The notes beneath the pieces are model-generated. The model searched no databases and was not told the DNA's origin. It saw nothing but the letters and a program-made list of their open reading frames with translations. Of a DNA stretch of 64,000 nt, positions 50,874-62,037 are shown one piece after another. The stretch spans positions 239,258,001-239,322,000 of the forward strand of contig OZ024742.1 in NCBI GenBank assembly GCA_964016885.1, given 5' to 3'. Both the position numbers and the translations under genes were made by a program. Source of the DNA: Eledone cirrhosa. Lineage: Eukaryota. Numbering within the stretch: the first letter of the stretch is position 1; each line of letters opens with the position of its first letter.

Positions 50874-52970
50874 TCATCATCATCATCAACGTTTAACGTC
50901 CGTGTTCCACGCTTGCATGGGTTTGGACGGGGGTAGTCCCACTTGAGGCAAGAGTGATTGTCTTGCTCGCATAGGACTGTCTGGCAGGTTTTCTACAGTT
51001 GGATGCCCTTCCTAACACCAACCACATTTACAGTGTGGGTCTGGGAGGTTTTTACCGTGTTGCCTACACGGCCACATTACAGCGTGGACTGTGTGTTTTT
51101 TTGTCGTGACACCTACACGATCTCATTTGTTTCGGCCTGGATGGCGCGGCACCAACATAACTTTACATAGGACGGGGTGGTGTGGATGGGTGGGGGTGGT
51201 GGCGGGACGGGGTGTATTTTGTTAGAGATGCCTACTGGCAAGGCGGGTCTTCTCTGTTACTGAGTACCGCCAAAGGTCTCGGTCCAGTGACATTGTCTTG
51301 GAGAGGTGTAAGTGTGTGAGGTCGGAGTTTATCAGCTCGTCCCAGGTTTTTCTAGGTCTGCCTATTCCGTGGCTACCGTCTATCTTTATTGCCCTGCACT
51401 TTGTTATACAGCTATCGACTTTCATGCGCATCACGTGTCCATACCAACGTAGCCTTCTCTCGAGTAAACAACATCTGATCCCTCTTATCTCTAATTTTTT
51501 CCTTAGTTCGTTTATGCTTTGCCGTTCACGTATATTACTGTTACACATCCAGCGGAGCATGCAAGCTTCGTTCCTCTCTAGTCTGCGTATATCCTCTGCA
51601 CACAATGCCCAGGTCTCACTGCCATGCAACATTGCTGTTCGTATGCAGGCATCGTACAACCTGCCTTTCATTTTTAGGGAGAACCCTTTAGCAGCTAATA
51701 GTGGTATAAGCTCTCTGAACTTTTTCCAACCAGTTCTGACTCTAGCTACAGTACTTTCAGAGCACCCTCCCCCACTGCTGATTTTATCGCCCAGGTAACG
51801 GAAGCTGTCCACTATTTCTATAGAACCCTCTGCGCAATTGAAAGGGCTAGTATTTTGTGGGCACTTGCTGCTACTTATTGCACCAGAACACCGGCCACAT
51901 GTAAAATCTATGTTCTTAGTTAGCTTACCTGTGATCCCACTACATCTTTTATGCACCCATACTTTGCATTTAGGACATAAAATGGAGTTTCTACCTACGC
52001 CTTTCCTACACACCGAGCACGACCATTTCCCAGAAGGGACCGCCGCCTTGTTTTCTTTCCTACAAACTAGAACTTTGGTCTTAGCCAGGTTAATTTTAAG
52101 TCCTTTTGACTCTAGGCCGTGCTTCCATGTTTGGAATTTCTTCTCTAGCTCGACCATTGATTCCGCTATGAGTGTCAGGTCGTCTGCGTATAGGAGTTCC
52201 CATGGGCAGCCTGTCTTGAACTCCTCTGTTATAGCCTGAAGGGCAATAATAAATAGTAGGGGGCTGAGAACAGAGCCCTGATGGACGCCAACTTTTACGC
52301 TAAACTCTTCACTATATTCGTTGTTAATTCTAACCTTGCTGACTGTTTCTTTATACATGGCTTGTATAGCCCTCACAAGCCATTCGTCAACCCCTAGTTT
52401 TCTAAGAGCCCACCAGATAATGGAGCGGGGGACTCTGTCGAAGGCTTTCTCCAAGTCGACAAAAGCTAAGTAGAGGGGTTTACCTTTAGCTAGGAACTTC
52501 TCCTGTAGTTGTCGTACTATGAAAAGAGCGTCTGTGGTACTTTTGCCTGACACAAACCCGAACTGCATTTCATCTAGGTCAATTCTCTCTCTGATTAGTT
52601 GCGCTATTACTTTTTCCGTGACCTTCATGACCTGGTCGATTAATTTAATGCCTCTATAGTTACTCCTATCTAGGGCATCTCCTTTACCCTTATAACAGTT
52701 AACGATGATGCTGCTATGCCAGTCCTTCGGAACAACCCCATTCTGTACGACTTGGTTAACTATGCGGGTGACCATGGTGTGTCCCACCGTGCCAGATGCC
52801 TTCAGCATCTCAGCAACTATTTCCGAAGGCCCAGCCGCCTTACCTGTCTTCATATCCTTGATTGCCTTACTTATTATACTCCCCTCGACTAACACTGCTG
52901 GTCCCTCTATTGGGTCGACATGGGGGAGACTGTCTTTCTCCCATTTATTCTCCTCATTTAGTAGCCTTTC
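50870..52970 (-). mobile_element. Young 5'-truncated RTE LINE, longest open RT ORF (52970-51222)
   Basis: Frame is open from ERLLNEENKWEKD through YADD to the stop at 51222. Inserted in (TA)n; no APE domain. Confidence 0.95.
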
Positions 52971-53146
52971 ATATATATATTATATATATATATATTATAT
53001 ATATATATATTATATATATATATATTATATATATATATATTATATATATATATATATTATATATATATATATATATTATATATATATATATATATTATAT
53101 ATATATATATATTATATATATATATATATTATATATATATATATAT

Positions 53147-53207
<61 letters not shown>

Positions 53208-53209
<2 letters not shown>

Positions 53210-53546
53210 CATCATCATCATCATCATCATCACCGTTTTACGTCCGTTCTTCCACGCTAGCATGGGTTAGACGGGTTGTCCTGTTGTGGGCAGTGTCTGG
53301 TCGGCTGACCATGCCTTGCTCATACAGGAACTGATCTGGCTTGATTTCTACAGCTGGATGCCCTTCCTAACACCAACCTCATTTACAGTGAGTGCTGGGT
53401 GCTTTTTCGTGGCGCCTACACGTCCACTTTACAGTGTGGGCTGGGTGCTTTTTTGCCGTGGCACCTCCACGACCACCTTGCGGTAGGGGGGGGGGGGCAT
53501 ATTGTTTATATGCTTCAGCATGTACTCATGGGAGGTCGGGTACCCT

Positions 53547-53548
<2 letters not shown>
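53208..53548 (-). mobile_element. RTE second-subfamily 3' UTR
   Basis: Reverse complement of about 42790-43121, with a (CAT)n tail. Confidence 0.85.
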
Positions 53549-53582
<34 letters not shown>

Positions 53583-53835
53583 GTATATATATGTATATAT
53601 ATGTATATATATATATATATTTCGTTTCTGAATTTGTTTAGCAAGATTCTTTATCTGAAATCGTGTGTTGAAACCGATATTGTTATACTTTGGGAGGGTC
53701 ATGTTGCCAATAAGAAACACACGCACCAGTTGCTTTCACTTCAATTTAATTTATTAAATATTTATAAATTTACAAATTTATAAATTTCTGGTTGGTTGGT
53801 TGGTTCCACAACCAGATAGTTGTTTATATATATAT

Positions 53836-53880
53836 AGTCATAGTTCTTTCGTCACACACTCTGTGACCTCTTCAGTGACT
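53836..53880 (-). ncRNA. Minimal type I hammerhead ribozyme in the Penelope pLTR
   Basis: Minus strand reads AGTCA CTGAAGA-G GTCACA-gagtg-TGTGAC GAAA G-aa-C TA| TGACT: perfect helices I and II, minimal helix III, on the element's sense strand. Confidence 0.85.
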
Positions 53881-54185
53881 GGGGATTTCTTTCTTCGTTT
53901 CTGTGCCTTTCCTTTCTTCTATCCTACGCCATTTTGTTTGTGTGTGGGTTGCGTGCTCAGTTTGCGCATGCGCCACATCCGGGTGTCTGTGTGTGTTTGT
54001 GTTCATTTTTCTATTTTTCTATTTATATTTTTCTATTTGTTTGTTTATTTATTTATTTATTGTTGGTTGGTTGTTTGTTCTATGTGTGTGTGTATTTTCA
54101 TTTTGTCTTGTGTGTGTTTTCATTTTGTGTGTGTTTTCAATTGTAAGTTGTTTGTTCTATGTGTGTGTGTGTTTTCATTTTGTCC

Positions 54186-55676
54186 TTAATTGTAAGTTGT
54201 GATGTTGCTGTTCCACTCATATTTTCTATTTAATTTTGGTTTTAATTCTTTTATGCTTACTGCCTCTGTAATTTGCCTAAACATTGCGTCTTTCTTGTGT
54301 GTGGATTCTATTTTTATTTCTATGCTCTCTAATTTACCCCTGTGTTCTATCTTAGCATGTTGGTAGAGCACAGATGATTCTTTACTATCTTGGAGGTCTC
54401 GCCAGTGTTCATTTATTCGTTCCCCTATACTACGAGCTGTCTCACCTATGTACACTACATTTTTGTTTCTACATTGTCCTTCAGTACATCTTATGCTATA
54501 TACTACATTTCTAGTTTTACAGTTAATATGGGGGCTTATTTTACAGGTTATACATTTCTTATCTATACATGAGGGTCTTTGGAACCGGTATGTCTTGCTA
54601 ATAAGTGTTTTTACGGAGGTACCAGGTCTTTCTACTATCTTAATATTGAGATTATGTTTCTTTAGGGCCCTTCTAAATTTGTAGGCTAGTTCGCCTCTAG
54701 GGGTTGTATTGATGAACATTACACTCTGGTATTTATTGCTATCATACCATGAGTTTATTCTATTGGCCTTGTTCTTAGTTCTTTCTATTCTATTCCAAAA
54801 TTTGCTCCTATACAAGGGGCAGGTCCCATTTATGTCATTATTTACCATTTTTTCCCATTTGGTTCTGGCTCCTTTATACACTCTGATTCTATCTCTCTGA
54901 TTGTAGCCAGAGAACTGCATACGGTGGATGAAGTGTTGTATGTGTCTCTCTAGTTCTTCGGGGTTGCACATGCGGGACACATTTCTCATCACCCGTACCA
55001 AATCCGCAATCAGTATGTTGATTTTGGTATGGTCCGAAATGGCCGAGTTTCGGTGGATCAGATGTTTGGAAGTCATGGGTTTGGCATAATGGGAATGGAG
55101 GATTTGTTTTTGGTTGTTAATAGTATCTAACCAGAGCTCTGTGTCTAGTACAGGTAATCGATGGTTGGGGTGTCTACTTGGGTAGTCTATAGTAACTCTA
55201 ATGCTCTGGTGGATGGAGTTTGCTATTTGCTGGATGCTTTCCATTGTGTTTTTCTCTAGTTCCTGACTGTTCTTTAGTGGGGGTGTCTTAACTACGATGT
55301 TTATATCATCTACGTAGCGGGAGTACATTATCAGGGTTAAGCTGTCTTCTAATTGTTCATTAAGTTTTTGTTTAAGTCTACTGTCCCACCATACCATGAA
55401 TAAGTTAGCTATGTCGCCTGCAATGCTAACACCAATGGCTGCTCCTTCCTCTTGGGCATATGTTTTACCATTAAATTTGAACATATGTTCCTTAAGGGTT
55501 AGTTTTATGCTGGCCCCTACCGCATGTGCAATCATTTTCTTCAGTTCATCGTGGTTTTCGGGTGTCCGTATGGCTCTGGTCCACCCGTTCCATCTATCTG
55601 TGTGGGTTTTCTTGGCCATTGAGGTAATGGTAGGTGGTCTGCCTCTTGCTGGTCTTGTAGGGCACAGGTTGCTAAG
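54186..55676 (-). CDS. Penelope-like RT + GIY-YIG endonuclease (open, N-terminally truncated)
   Basis: FKFNGKTYAQEEGAAIG, YSRYVDD, LPVLD, a Cys-rich linker (CIDKKCITC...C), NVVYSIRC...YIGETARSIGERINEH...EAVSIKELKPKLN. The ORF-track start at 55868 is microsatellite read-through. Confidence 0.92.
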   Translation of the reverse strand, partial: LSNLCPTRPARGRPPTITSMAKKTHTDRWNGWTRAIRTPENHDELKKMIAHAVGASIKLTLKEHMFKFNGKTYAQEEGAAIGVSIAGDIANLFMVWWDSRLKQKLNEQLEDSLTLIMYSRYVDDINIVVKTPPLKNSQELEKNTMESIQQIANSIHQSIRVTIDYPSRHPNHRLPVLDTELWLDTINNQKQILHSHYAKPMTSKHLIHRNSAISDHTKINILIADLVRVMRNVSRMCNPEELERHIQHFIHRMQFSGYNQRDRIRVYKGARTKWEKMVNNDINGTCPLYRSKFWNRIERTKNKANRINSWYDSNKYQSVMFINTTPRGELAYKFRRALKKHNLNIKIVERPGTSVKTLISKTYRFQRPSCIDKKCITCKISPHINCKTRNVVYSIRCTEGQCRNKNVVYIGETARSIGERINEHWRDLQDSKESSVLYQHAKIEHRGKLESIEIKIESTHKKDAMFRQITEAVSIKELKPKLNRKYEWNSNITTYN

Positions 55677-55869
55677 AACAATAGCAACATACCCAGATAC
55701 AACAACAACAATAGCAACATACCCAGATACAACAGACACGCAGACACAAACAACAATAACAACACACACGGAGACAATAATAACAACAACAACAATAGCA
55801 ACATACCCAGATACAACAACACACACACATATACACATATATATACACACACACACATACATACACATG

Positions 55870-56232
55870 CATCATCATCATCATCATCAGGTTTAGCGTC
55901 CGTGTTCCACGCTTGCATGGGTTTGGACGGGGGTTTTCCCACTAGAGGCAAGAGTGGTTGTCTTGCTCGCATAGGACTGTCTGGCGGGTTTTCTACAGTT
56001 GGATGCCCTTCCTAACACCAACCACATTTACAGTGTGGGGCTGGGAGGTTTTTACCGTGTTGCCTACACGGCCACATTACAGCGTGGACTGTCTGGCGGG
56101 TTTTCTACAGCTGGATGCCCTTCCTAACACCAACCACATTTACAGTGTGGGGCTGGGAGGTTTTTACCGTGTTGCCTACACGGCCACATTTACAGCGTGG
56201 ACTGTGTGTTTTTTCTCGTGACACCTACACGA
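55870..56232 (-). mobile_element. RTE 3' UTR with internal tandem duplication of about 113 bp
   Basis: ggactgtctggcgggttttctacag...ccacattacagcgt occurs twice, at about 55974 and 56086. Confidence 0.85.
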
Positions 56233-56380
56233 ATGCATATATATAAATATATATATACATATCTCTCCATATATATACATACATACACATACATACACAG
56301 ACATATACATAAATATACACATATATACCAACATATATACGCATATATACACACATATATATACATATAAATACACGTGG

Positions 56381-56707
56381 AGGCACATGGCTTAGTGGTT
56401 AGAGCATTGGCCTTGCAATCGAAAGGTTGTGAGTTCAATTCTCAGACCGGGTGATGTGTTGTTTCCTTGAGCAAGACACTTTATTTCACGTTGCTCCAGT
56501 TTACTCAGCTGTAGAAATGAGATGATAGGGACTGGGATCCCTATCATTCGTGGAGGTGCCACGGCAAAAAAGCACCCAGCACTCACTGTAAATGAGGTTG
56601 GTGTTAGGAAGGGCATCCAGCTGTAGAAATCAAGCCAGAACCAGTTCCCGTCCCACCCTTGCAAGCAGGGAAAAGTGGACGTAAAATGAAATGAAATGAT
56701 GAAATGA
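56381..56707 (+). mobile_element. tRNA-headed SINE with RTE-like tail
   Basis: ggaggcacatggcttagtggttagagc...gagttcaattc head and (ATGAA/ATG)n tail. Same family as 4325-4660 and 60053-60425. Confidence 0.88.
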
Positions 56708-56744
56708 CACGCATACACACACACACACACACACACATATATAC

Positions 56745-57158
56745 TCAGTAACAGAGAAGACCCGCCTTACCTAAATACATAGTAAAACCTACTACAGCCA
56801 GTAGGCATCTCTAACAAAATACACCCCGTCCCACCACCCCCACCCCATCCACACCACCCCGTTCTATGTAAAGTTATGTTGGTGCCGCGCCATCCAGGCC
56901 GAAACAAATGAGATCGTGTAGGTGTCACGACAAAAAAACACACAGTCCACGCTGTAATGTGACCGTGTAGGCAACACGGTAAAAACCTCCCAGACCCACA
57001 CTGTAAATGTGGTTGGTGTTAGGAAGGGCATCCAACTGTAGAAAACCTGCCAGACAGTCCTATGTGAGCAAGACAATCACTCTTGCCTCAAGTGGGAATA
57101 CCCCCGTCCAAACCCATGCAAGCGTGGAACACGGACGTTAAACGTTGATGATGATGAT
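56745..57158 (+). mobile_element. RTE 3' end
   Basis: Reverse complement of the 50870-51260 region, with an (ATG)n tail. Confidence 0.9.
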
Positions 57159-57178
57159 ATATATATTATTTATATATT

Positions 57179-57210
<32 letters not shown>

Positions 57211-57251
57211 ATTATATATATATATACATATATATATATTATTTATATAGA

Positions 57252-57289
<38 letters not shown>

Positions 57290-57305
57290 TATATATATAT
57301 ATATA

Positions 57306-57358
<53 letters not shown>

Positions 57359-57402
57359 ATACGATATTAAACAAATGGAAACTATATTTATAAAACCATA
57401 TT

Positions 57403-57468
57403 TATTTCATTATACATATTTCAGGGATACCATATTAAAAATATGGCATGCCTTCGTCAGATAAAATA
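57403..57468 (-). ncRNA. Type I hammerhead motif (inverted copy)
   Basis: Reverse complement of 58786-58851. Confidence 0.78.
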
Positions 57469-58785
57469 CAATATATAAACTGTTTTATAAATAATTTTGA
57501 CGTACCATAAATATAAGCGACCATTAAGATAGGAGGCTGGCTTGGTAGTGAAGTGTTTATAATTATTTAGTTATAGTGTTAAGCACAGTTAGAAAAAAAA
57601 AAGACGGAGAGAAAGAAGAAATGGATGTAAAGAAAAACAGAGAGAAATAGGGGAGAGAGAAAGAGAGAGGGAGTACTATATATAGAGAGAGTACAGTAAT
57701 TATTTAGTTATAGTGTTAAGCACAGTTAGAGAGAAGAGAGAAAGAAAAAATGGAGATAAAGAGAAAACAGAGAGAGAGAGGTGGGAGGAAAAGAAAGAGG
57801 GAGAGAAAATATAAATATATAGGGGTAGGTGAAAACCAAGAGAGAAATAATAGAGAAATATGAGAGTCAAAATCAAAGCGACAGATACATAAAACTTCAT
57901 CATATATAAAGAGAGAGGAGAAAGAGCTATATCTAGAGAGAGAGGATACAGTTACATCTTTACGTCATGTCATATCAATTTGAATTATCAATTCATATGA
58001 ACTGGGTAATAGAATGTAAATATCAATATTCATGAATAACAAAATACACCCCGTCCCACCACCACCACCCCCACCCGATCCACACCACCCCGTTCTATGT
58101 AAAGTTATGTTGGTGCCGCGCCATCGAGGCCGAAACAAATGAGATCGTGTAGGTGTCACGACAAAAAAACACACAGTCCACGCTGTAATGTGGCCGTGTA
58201 GGCAACACGGTAAAAACCTCCCAGACCCACACTGTAAATGTGGTTGGTGTTAGGAAGGGCATCCAACTGTAGAAAACCTGCCAGACAGTCCTATGCGAGC
58301 AAGACAATCACTCTTGCCTCAAGTGGGACTACCCCCGTCCAAACCCATGCAAGCATGGAACACGGACGTTAAACGTTGATGATGATGATGATGATGAGAC
58401 ATAGCTATATAATGTGAGAAAATAACTTTGCTCAGTAATGACCATATGTTTAGTTTAAAACTCTGAGGTCAATGTACCAAAATCTGAGATAAACCTTCAA
58501 AAAATTACCCTATTTATAAAAATACGGAGATATATATGTAAATATATATATACGTATATGTACTTTCTGAAAAAAAAGGAAAAGAGAAAGTTATGTCTAG
58601 CTCTAGTCGATAATATAGACATACACATGACTTTACGTGATCAACTCTATAATTTCTTGTCATAAAAAAAAAAAAAAATTCCATTGTGTTATAAAAGATT
58701 TCACCATATATATACATAAAAAATAAACGATTAATATTTATATTTATGGTACGTCAAAATTATTTATAAAACTGTTTATATATTG

Positions 58786-58851
58786 TATTTTATCTGACGA
58801 AGGCATGCCATATTTTTAATATGGTATCCCTGAAATATGTATAATGAAATA
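58786..58851 (+). ncRNA. Type I hammerhead ribozyme motif
   Basis: TATTTTAT CTGACGA AGG-c-ATGCCATATT-ttt-AATATGGTAT-c-CCT GAAA TATGTA TA| ATGAAATA. Confidence 0.8.
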
Positions 58852-58979
58852 AATATGGTTTTATAAATATAGTTTCCATTTGTTTAATATCGTATATCTA
58901 CTCCAAAAACTTGTCGAGTGCTTTATATCGGTTATAAAATATTTACTTGTTGTAACCCAACAATTTTAAATAACACTTT

Positions 58980-59062
<83 letters not shown>

Positions 59063-59141
59063 ATATTATATATATATTATATATATATATATATTATATA
59101 TATATATATTATATATATATATATATTATATATATATATAT

Positions 59142-59174
<33 letters not shown>

Positions 59175-60052
59175 CACACATACACACATATATATATATA
59201 TACACACACACATATATATATATATACACACATACTTCAATGAAAAAAGAAGGCTGGATTCCAATATATTCCTTTAATGTTGCATAAATATACAATACAT
59301 ATTTTTTATGTTTGGTGCCTTTTGTCTTCAGGTGTAATTAACATAGAACATTTAGTAATTGACTACTGGGTTACAGCAAAATATAAACAAAGAATTGGTA
59401 TGGAGGCAGTCTGTCAACCAATGCAATCACTGTGACAGACGCCCTTTGAATGCCACTCACTTGATTGTGGGTTTGTAGGCATGAACAGGGGTGAAGGGCA
59501 CTCGACAACAATACATTCATGCAGCGGGCTGATATTGGATGCTATCAATCACAGTTAGTTTGATGTCTTTAACAAGTTTTGGGGGCACCAAACGGGCTGC
59601 GATAACAGTGTTGGTCCCTGGCCAAAAACCAGTGTAGCGTGACAAGTAGGTTCAATATATGAAAATAGGGGAATTTCTTGAACGTTGAGTTCAATTTATT
59701 CCAAGCGCTCAAGGTAAAAATCAGATGCTGGCATCCGTTTGTGTGACCAAGAGGACGGCAGAGGAGTCAATCCATGATGTAACACGTACCAGATAATTTG
59801 AGTAAGTGATAGTAATGTTCATGACACACATATCACATATAGCGTCACCTCCTGCTAATAGCAGTATCAGTAACAATGCTACCTATTTCAACCATAAAAA
59901 AGAATATGAATCATAAAAGGTAAATAAAAACAATAAAAAATCCAAGTATTTATTCCAGTATTATACATTGTTCATGTATTAACTTTTCATGAATCCTAAC
60001 TATTGTATAATTATCCTTTTATGCTTTTTTTTTGAAAATTAATCTTTATGCA

Positions 60053-60425
60053 TTAATGGTTAGAGCATTGGGCTTGCAATTGAAAGGTTGTGAGTTCAAT
60101 TCTCAGACCGGGTGATGTGTTGTTTCCTTGAGCAAGACACTTTATTTCACATTGCTCCAGTTTACTCAGCTGTAAAAATGAGATGATAGGGGCTGGGGTC
60201 CATATCATTCCACTGCAAAGTTGTCGTAGAGGTGCCACGGCAAAAAAGCACCCAGCTCTCACTGTAACGTGGACGTGTTAAGCGCCATGGAAGAAAAGCA
60301 CCCAGCACTCACTGTAAATAAGGTTGGTGTTAGGAAAGGCATCCAGCTGTAGAAATCAAGCCAGAATCAGTTTCCGTCCCACCCTTGCAAGCAGGGAAAA
60401 GTGGACGTAAAATGATGATGATGAT
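60053..60425 (+). mobile_element. tRNA-headed SINE with RTE-like tail
   Basis: Same family as 56381-56707, with an (ATG)n tail. Confidence 0.88.
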
Positions 60426-60521
60426 TAATGGGTTTTTATACATGTTTCTTTTATGTGTTATATTTCTTTTGATTGATTCCTTACTTTTTGTTGAGAAAAG
60501 TATATTCCGTTTCCATTAAAG

Positions 60522-60661
60522 GTTCTGGGAGAGTACAATAAGTCTGTGATATGTTTTGAAAATACTTTAAAAATCCAGCCAGAATTTGAAGCAGCAGCAA
60601 AACTAAAACATGCCGTCCTCTGTCATGCAAAGCTTGAAAGTGCGTTAGAGGCTCAGCATAG
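60522..60661 (+). CDS. TTC17: TTC17-like exon G (TPR)
   Basis: ttccattaaag acceptor (AAG type), gtatgt donor. VLGEYNKSVICFENTLKIQPEFEAAAKLKHAVLCHAKLESALEAQH(R). Phase 0 in, phase 2 out. Confidence 0.9.
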
Positions 60662-61343
60662 GTATGTTTTGAATTCGATTCATCATTCAATTTATTTCAA
60701 CAGGTAGAATTGATCACTTATGTTTTTTCTTTGTTGTTTTTACAATTATACTTGTATTGTAGACAAATTATGTGTTTTTTAGAGCGCTACAGCAATGCAA
60801 ATAAATGTTAAAAGTAACAATAAAAAGATGTTAAAGCAGGATATCCTGTGTTGTTCAATATTCCTGCTCCGAATTAGTTTCCTCAATTCTTCTTTTCATG
60901 GAAGGATTTTATCCCAAATATTAAGGACTATTAAACAATTCCAAGGTAACATTTTAATATCTTTGTTATTATTTTTAACATATAATGTTCCATATATATT
61001 GTTATAGCCCATTAAAAAACACACTGTTTTCTTCTACACTTTGGGCTCTGCTTTTTCTGCCCTGACTAAAGCAATTAAAAAAATTATATACGGGTTAACC
61101 AATGCCTTGTGAGTGAAATTTAGTAGATGGAAACTACACAAGTTCATCGTATATCATTTTATGTTGCCTTCCATGCTGGCATTGGTTGGACAGGTCATTG
61201 TCAACCCGGTAACCCGTCCAACCCATATTATTGTGGAAAGTGGATGTAAAAAGATGATAATATATGATAGGCTTGTGCAGTTTGCATCTACCAAATTTCA
61301 CTCACAAGGTATTGTTCAACCTGTATATATTTACAAGCTTATC

Positions 61344-61510
61344 TATATAAGTTTATTTGTTCATTTTATTACAACATGATGTTTCAGTAAAGCAAGTTTT
61401 CACTAAGCCTTTTCAAAGAATTATTGCTTTTCTGAAGAGGCTTAGTGAACACTTGCTTTACTGAAACACGATAGCTATGTCATAAGAAAATTAATAAATA
61501 AACTTATATA
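61344..61510. repeat. Imperfect inverted repeat of two hammerhead-like half-sites
   Basis: tgtttcagtaaagcaagttttcactaagccttttcaaa / tctgaagaggcttagtgaacacttgctttactgaaaca, plus outer tatataagtttattt / aaataaacttatata. Confidence 0.8.
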
Positions 61511-61870
61511 TTTATTGTATTATAAATATTGAGTTCTTTGACTTTTGCAGACTACTAAGATAAGATCATTACATCTGTACACAATTTATGTGTGTGTGTT
61601 TGCATGTATGGGTGTGTCTGTTTATATTTGTGTCTGTATGTATGTCTCGCAGTTTGACAAAAAAAAAAGAGATTGGTAAAATAAGACTTGGTATAAGTAC
61701 TGGGACTGAAATAATTGGGCCCCGCATCTCGCTTACATACATTTTAATGCTCTACCGAGTGTGCAAACAGGCTGGTCATTGTTTTTATTCTATCATTTTT
61801 TTTCTCCAATTATTGAAAAAAAAAAGTAAATAAAATGTTTTCAAGTTCATTTTGGCAATCTCTTTGGCAG

Positions 61871-62037
61871 GTCATTGCAACGTACCTTGAATGATTTGAA
61901 AGATTATCAACGGAAACATGACTTTTGGCAGCAGCAGAACACCAAATTACAAACTGAACAGGTTCCTGCTGATGTGAAGATAATTCAGGAACAAACATTT
62001 GATCAACTCAATTCATGGCATTCCACTGCAAGCATGT
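61871..62037 (+). CDS. TTC17: TTC17-like exon H (coiled-coil region)
   Basis: tttggcag acceptor. (R)SLQRTLNDLKDYQRKHDFWQQQNTKLQTEQVPADVKIIQEQTFDQLNSWHSTASM. Donor gtcagt at 62038 gives the phase 1 needed by exon I; the exact 3' end is uncertain. Confidence 0.82.

Larger units (their letters stand above)
53620..55680 (-). mobile_element. 5'-truncated Penelope-like retroelement with 3' pseudo-LTR
   Basis: RT + GIY-YIG ORF, a (CA/AC)-rich 3' UTR, a hammerhead, and a pLTR shared with 3170-3575. Confidence 0.92.
57359..58897. repeat. Inverted repeat, ~158-bp arms (57359-57516 / 58738-58897), Penelope pseudo-LTR type
   Basis: Arms are reverse complements with one mismatch seen. Each has a hammerhead. 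An RTE 3' UTR (58040-58395) is inserted between them. Confidence 0.9.

Noticed and set aside
39511-52239. Long ORFs antisense to the RTE RT ORFs (e.g. 39511-40011, 41578-42210, 51298-51798)
   Set aside because: Shadow frames of the retrotransposon coding strand, with no independent motifs.
55677-55868. Hydrophobic, signal-peptide-like N-terminus on the Penelope ORF
   Set aside because: Derived from simple repeats at the 5' truncation junction; the open frame is probably fortuitous.
56381-56452. tRNA-like sequence with A/B boxes, also at 4590-4660, 29685-29745, 30105-30170 and 60053-60110
   Set aside because: No acceptor stem closes, and each continues into a repeated SINE body. These are SINE heads, not tRNA genes.
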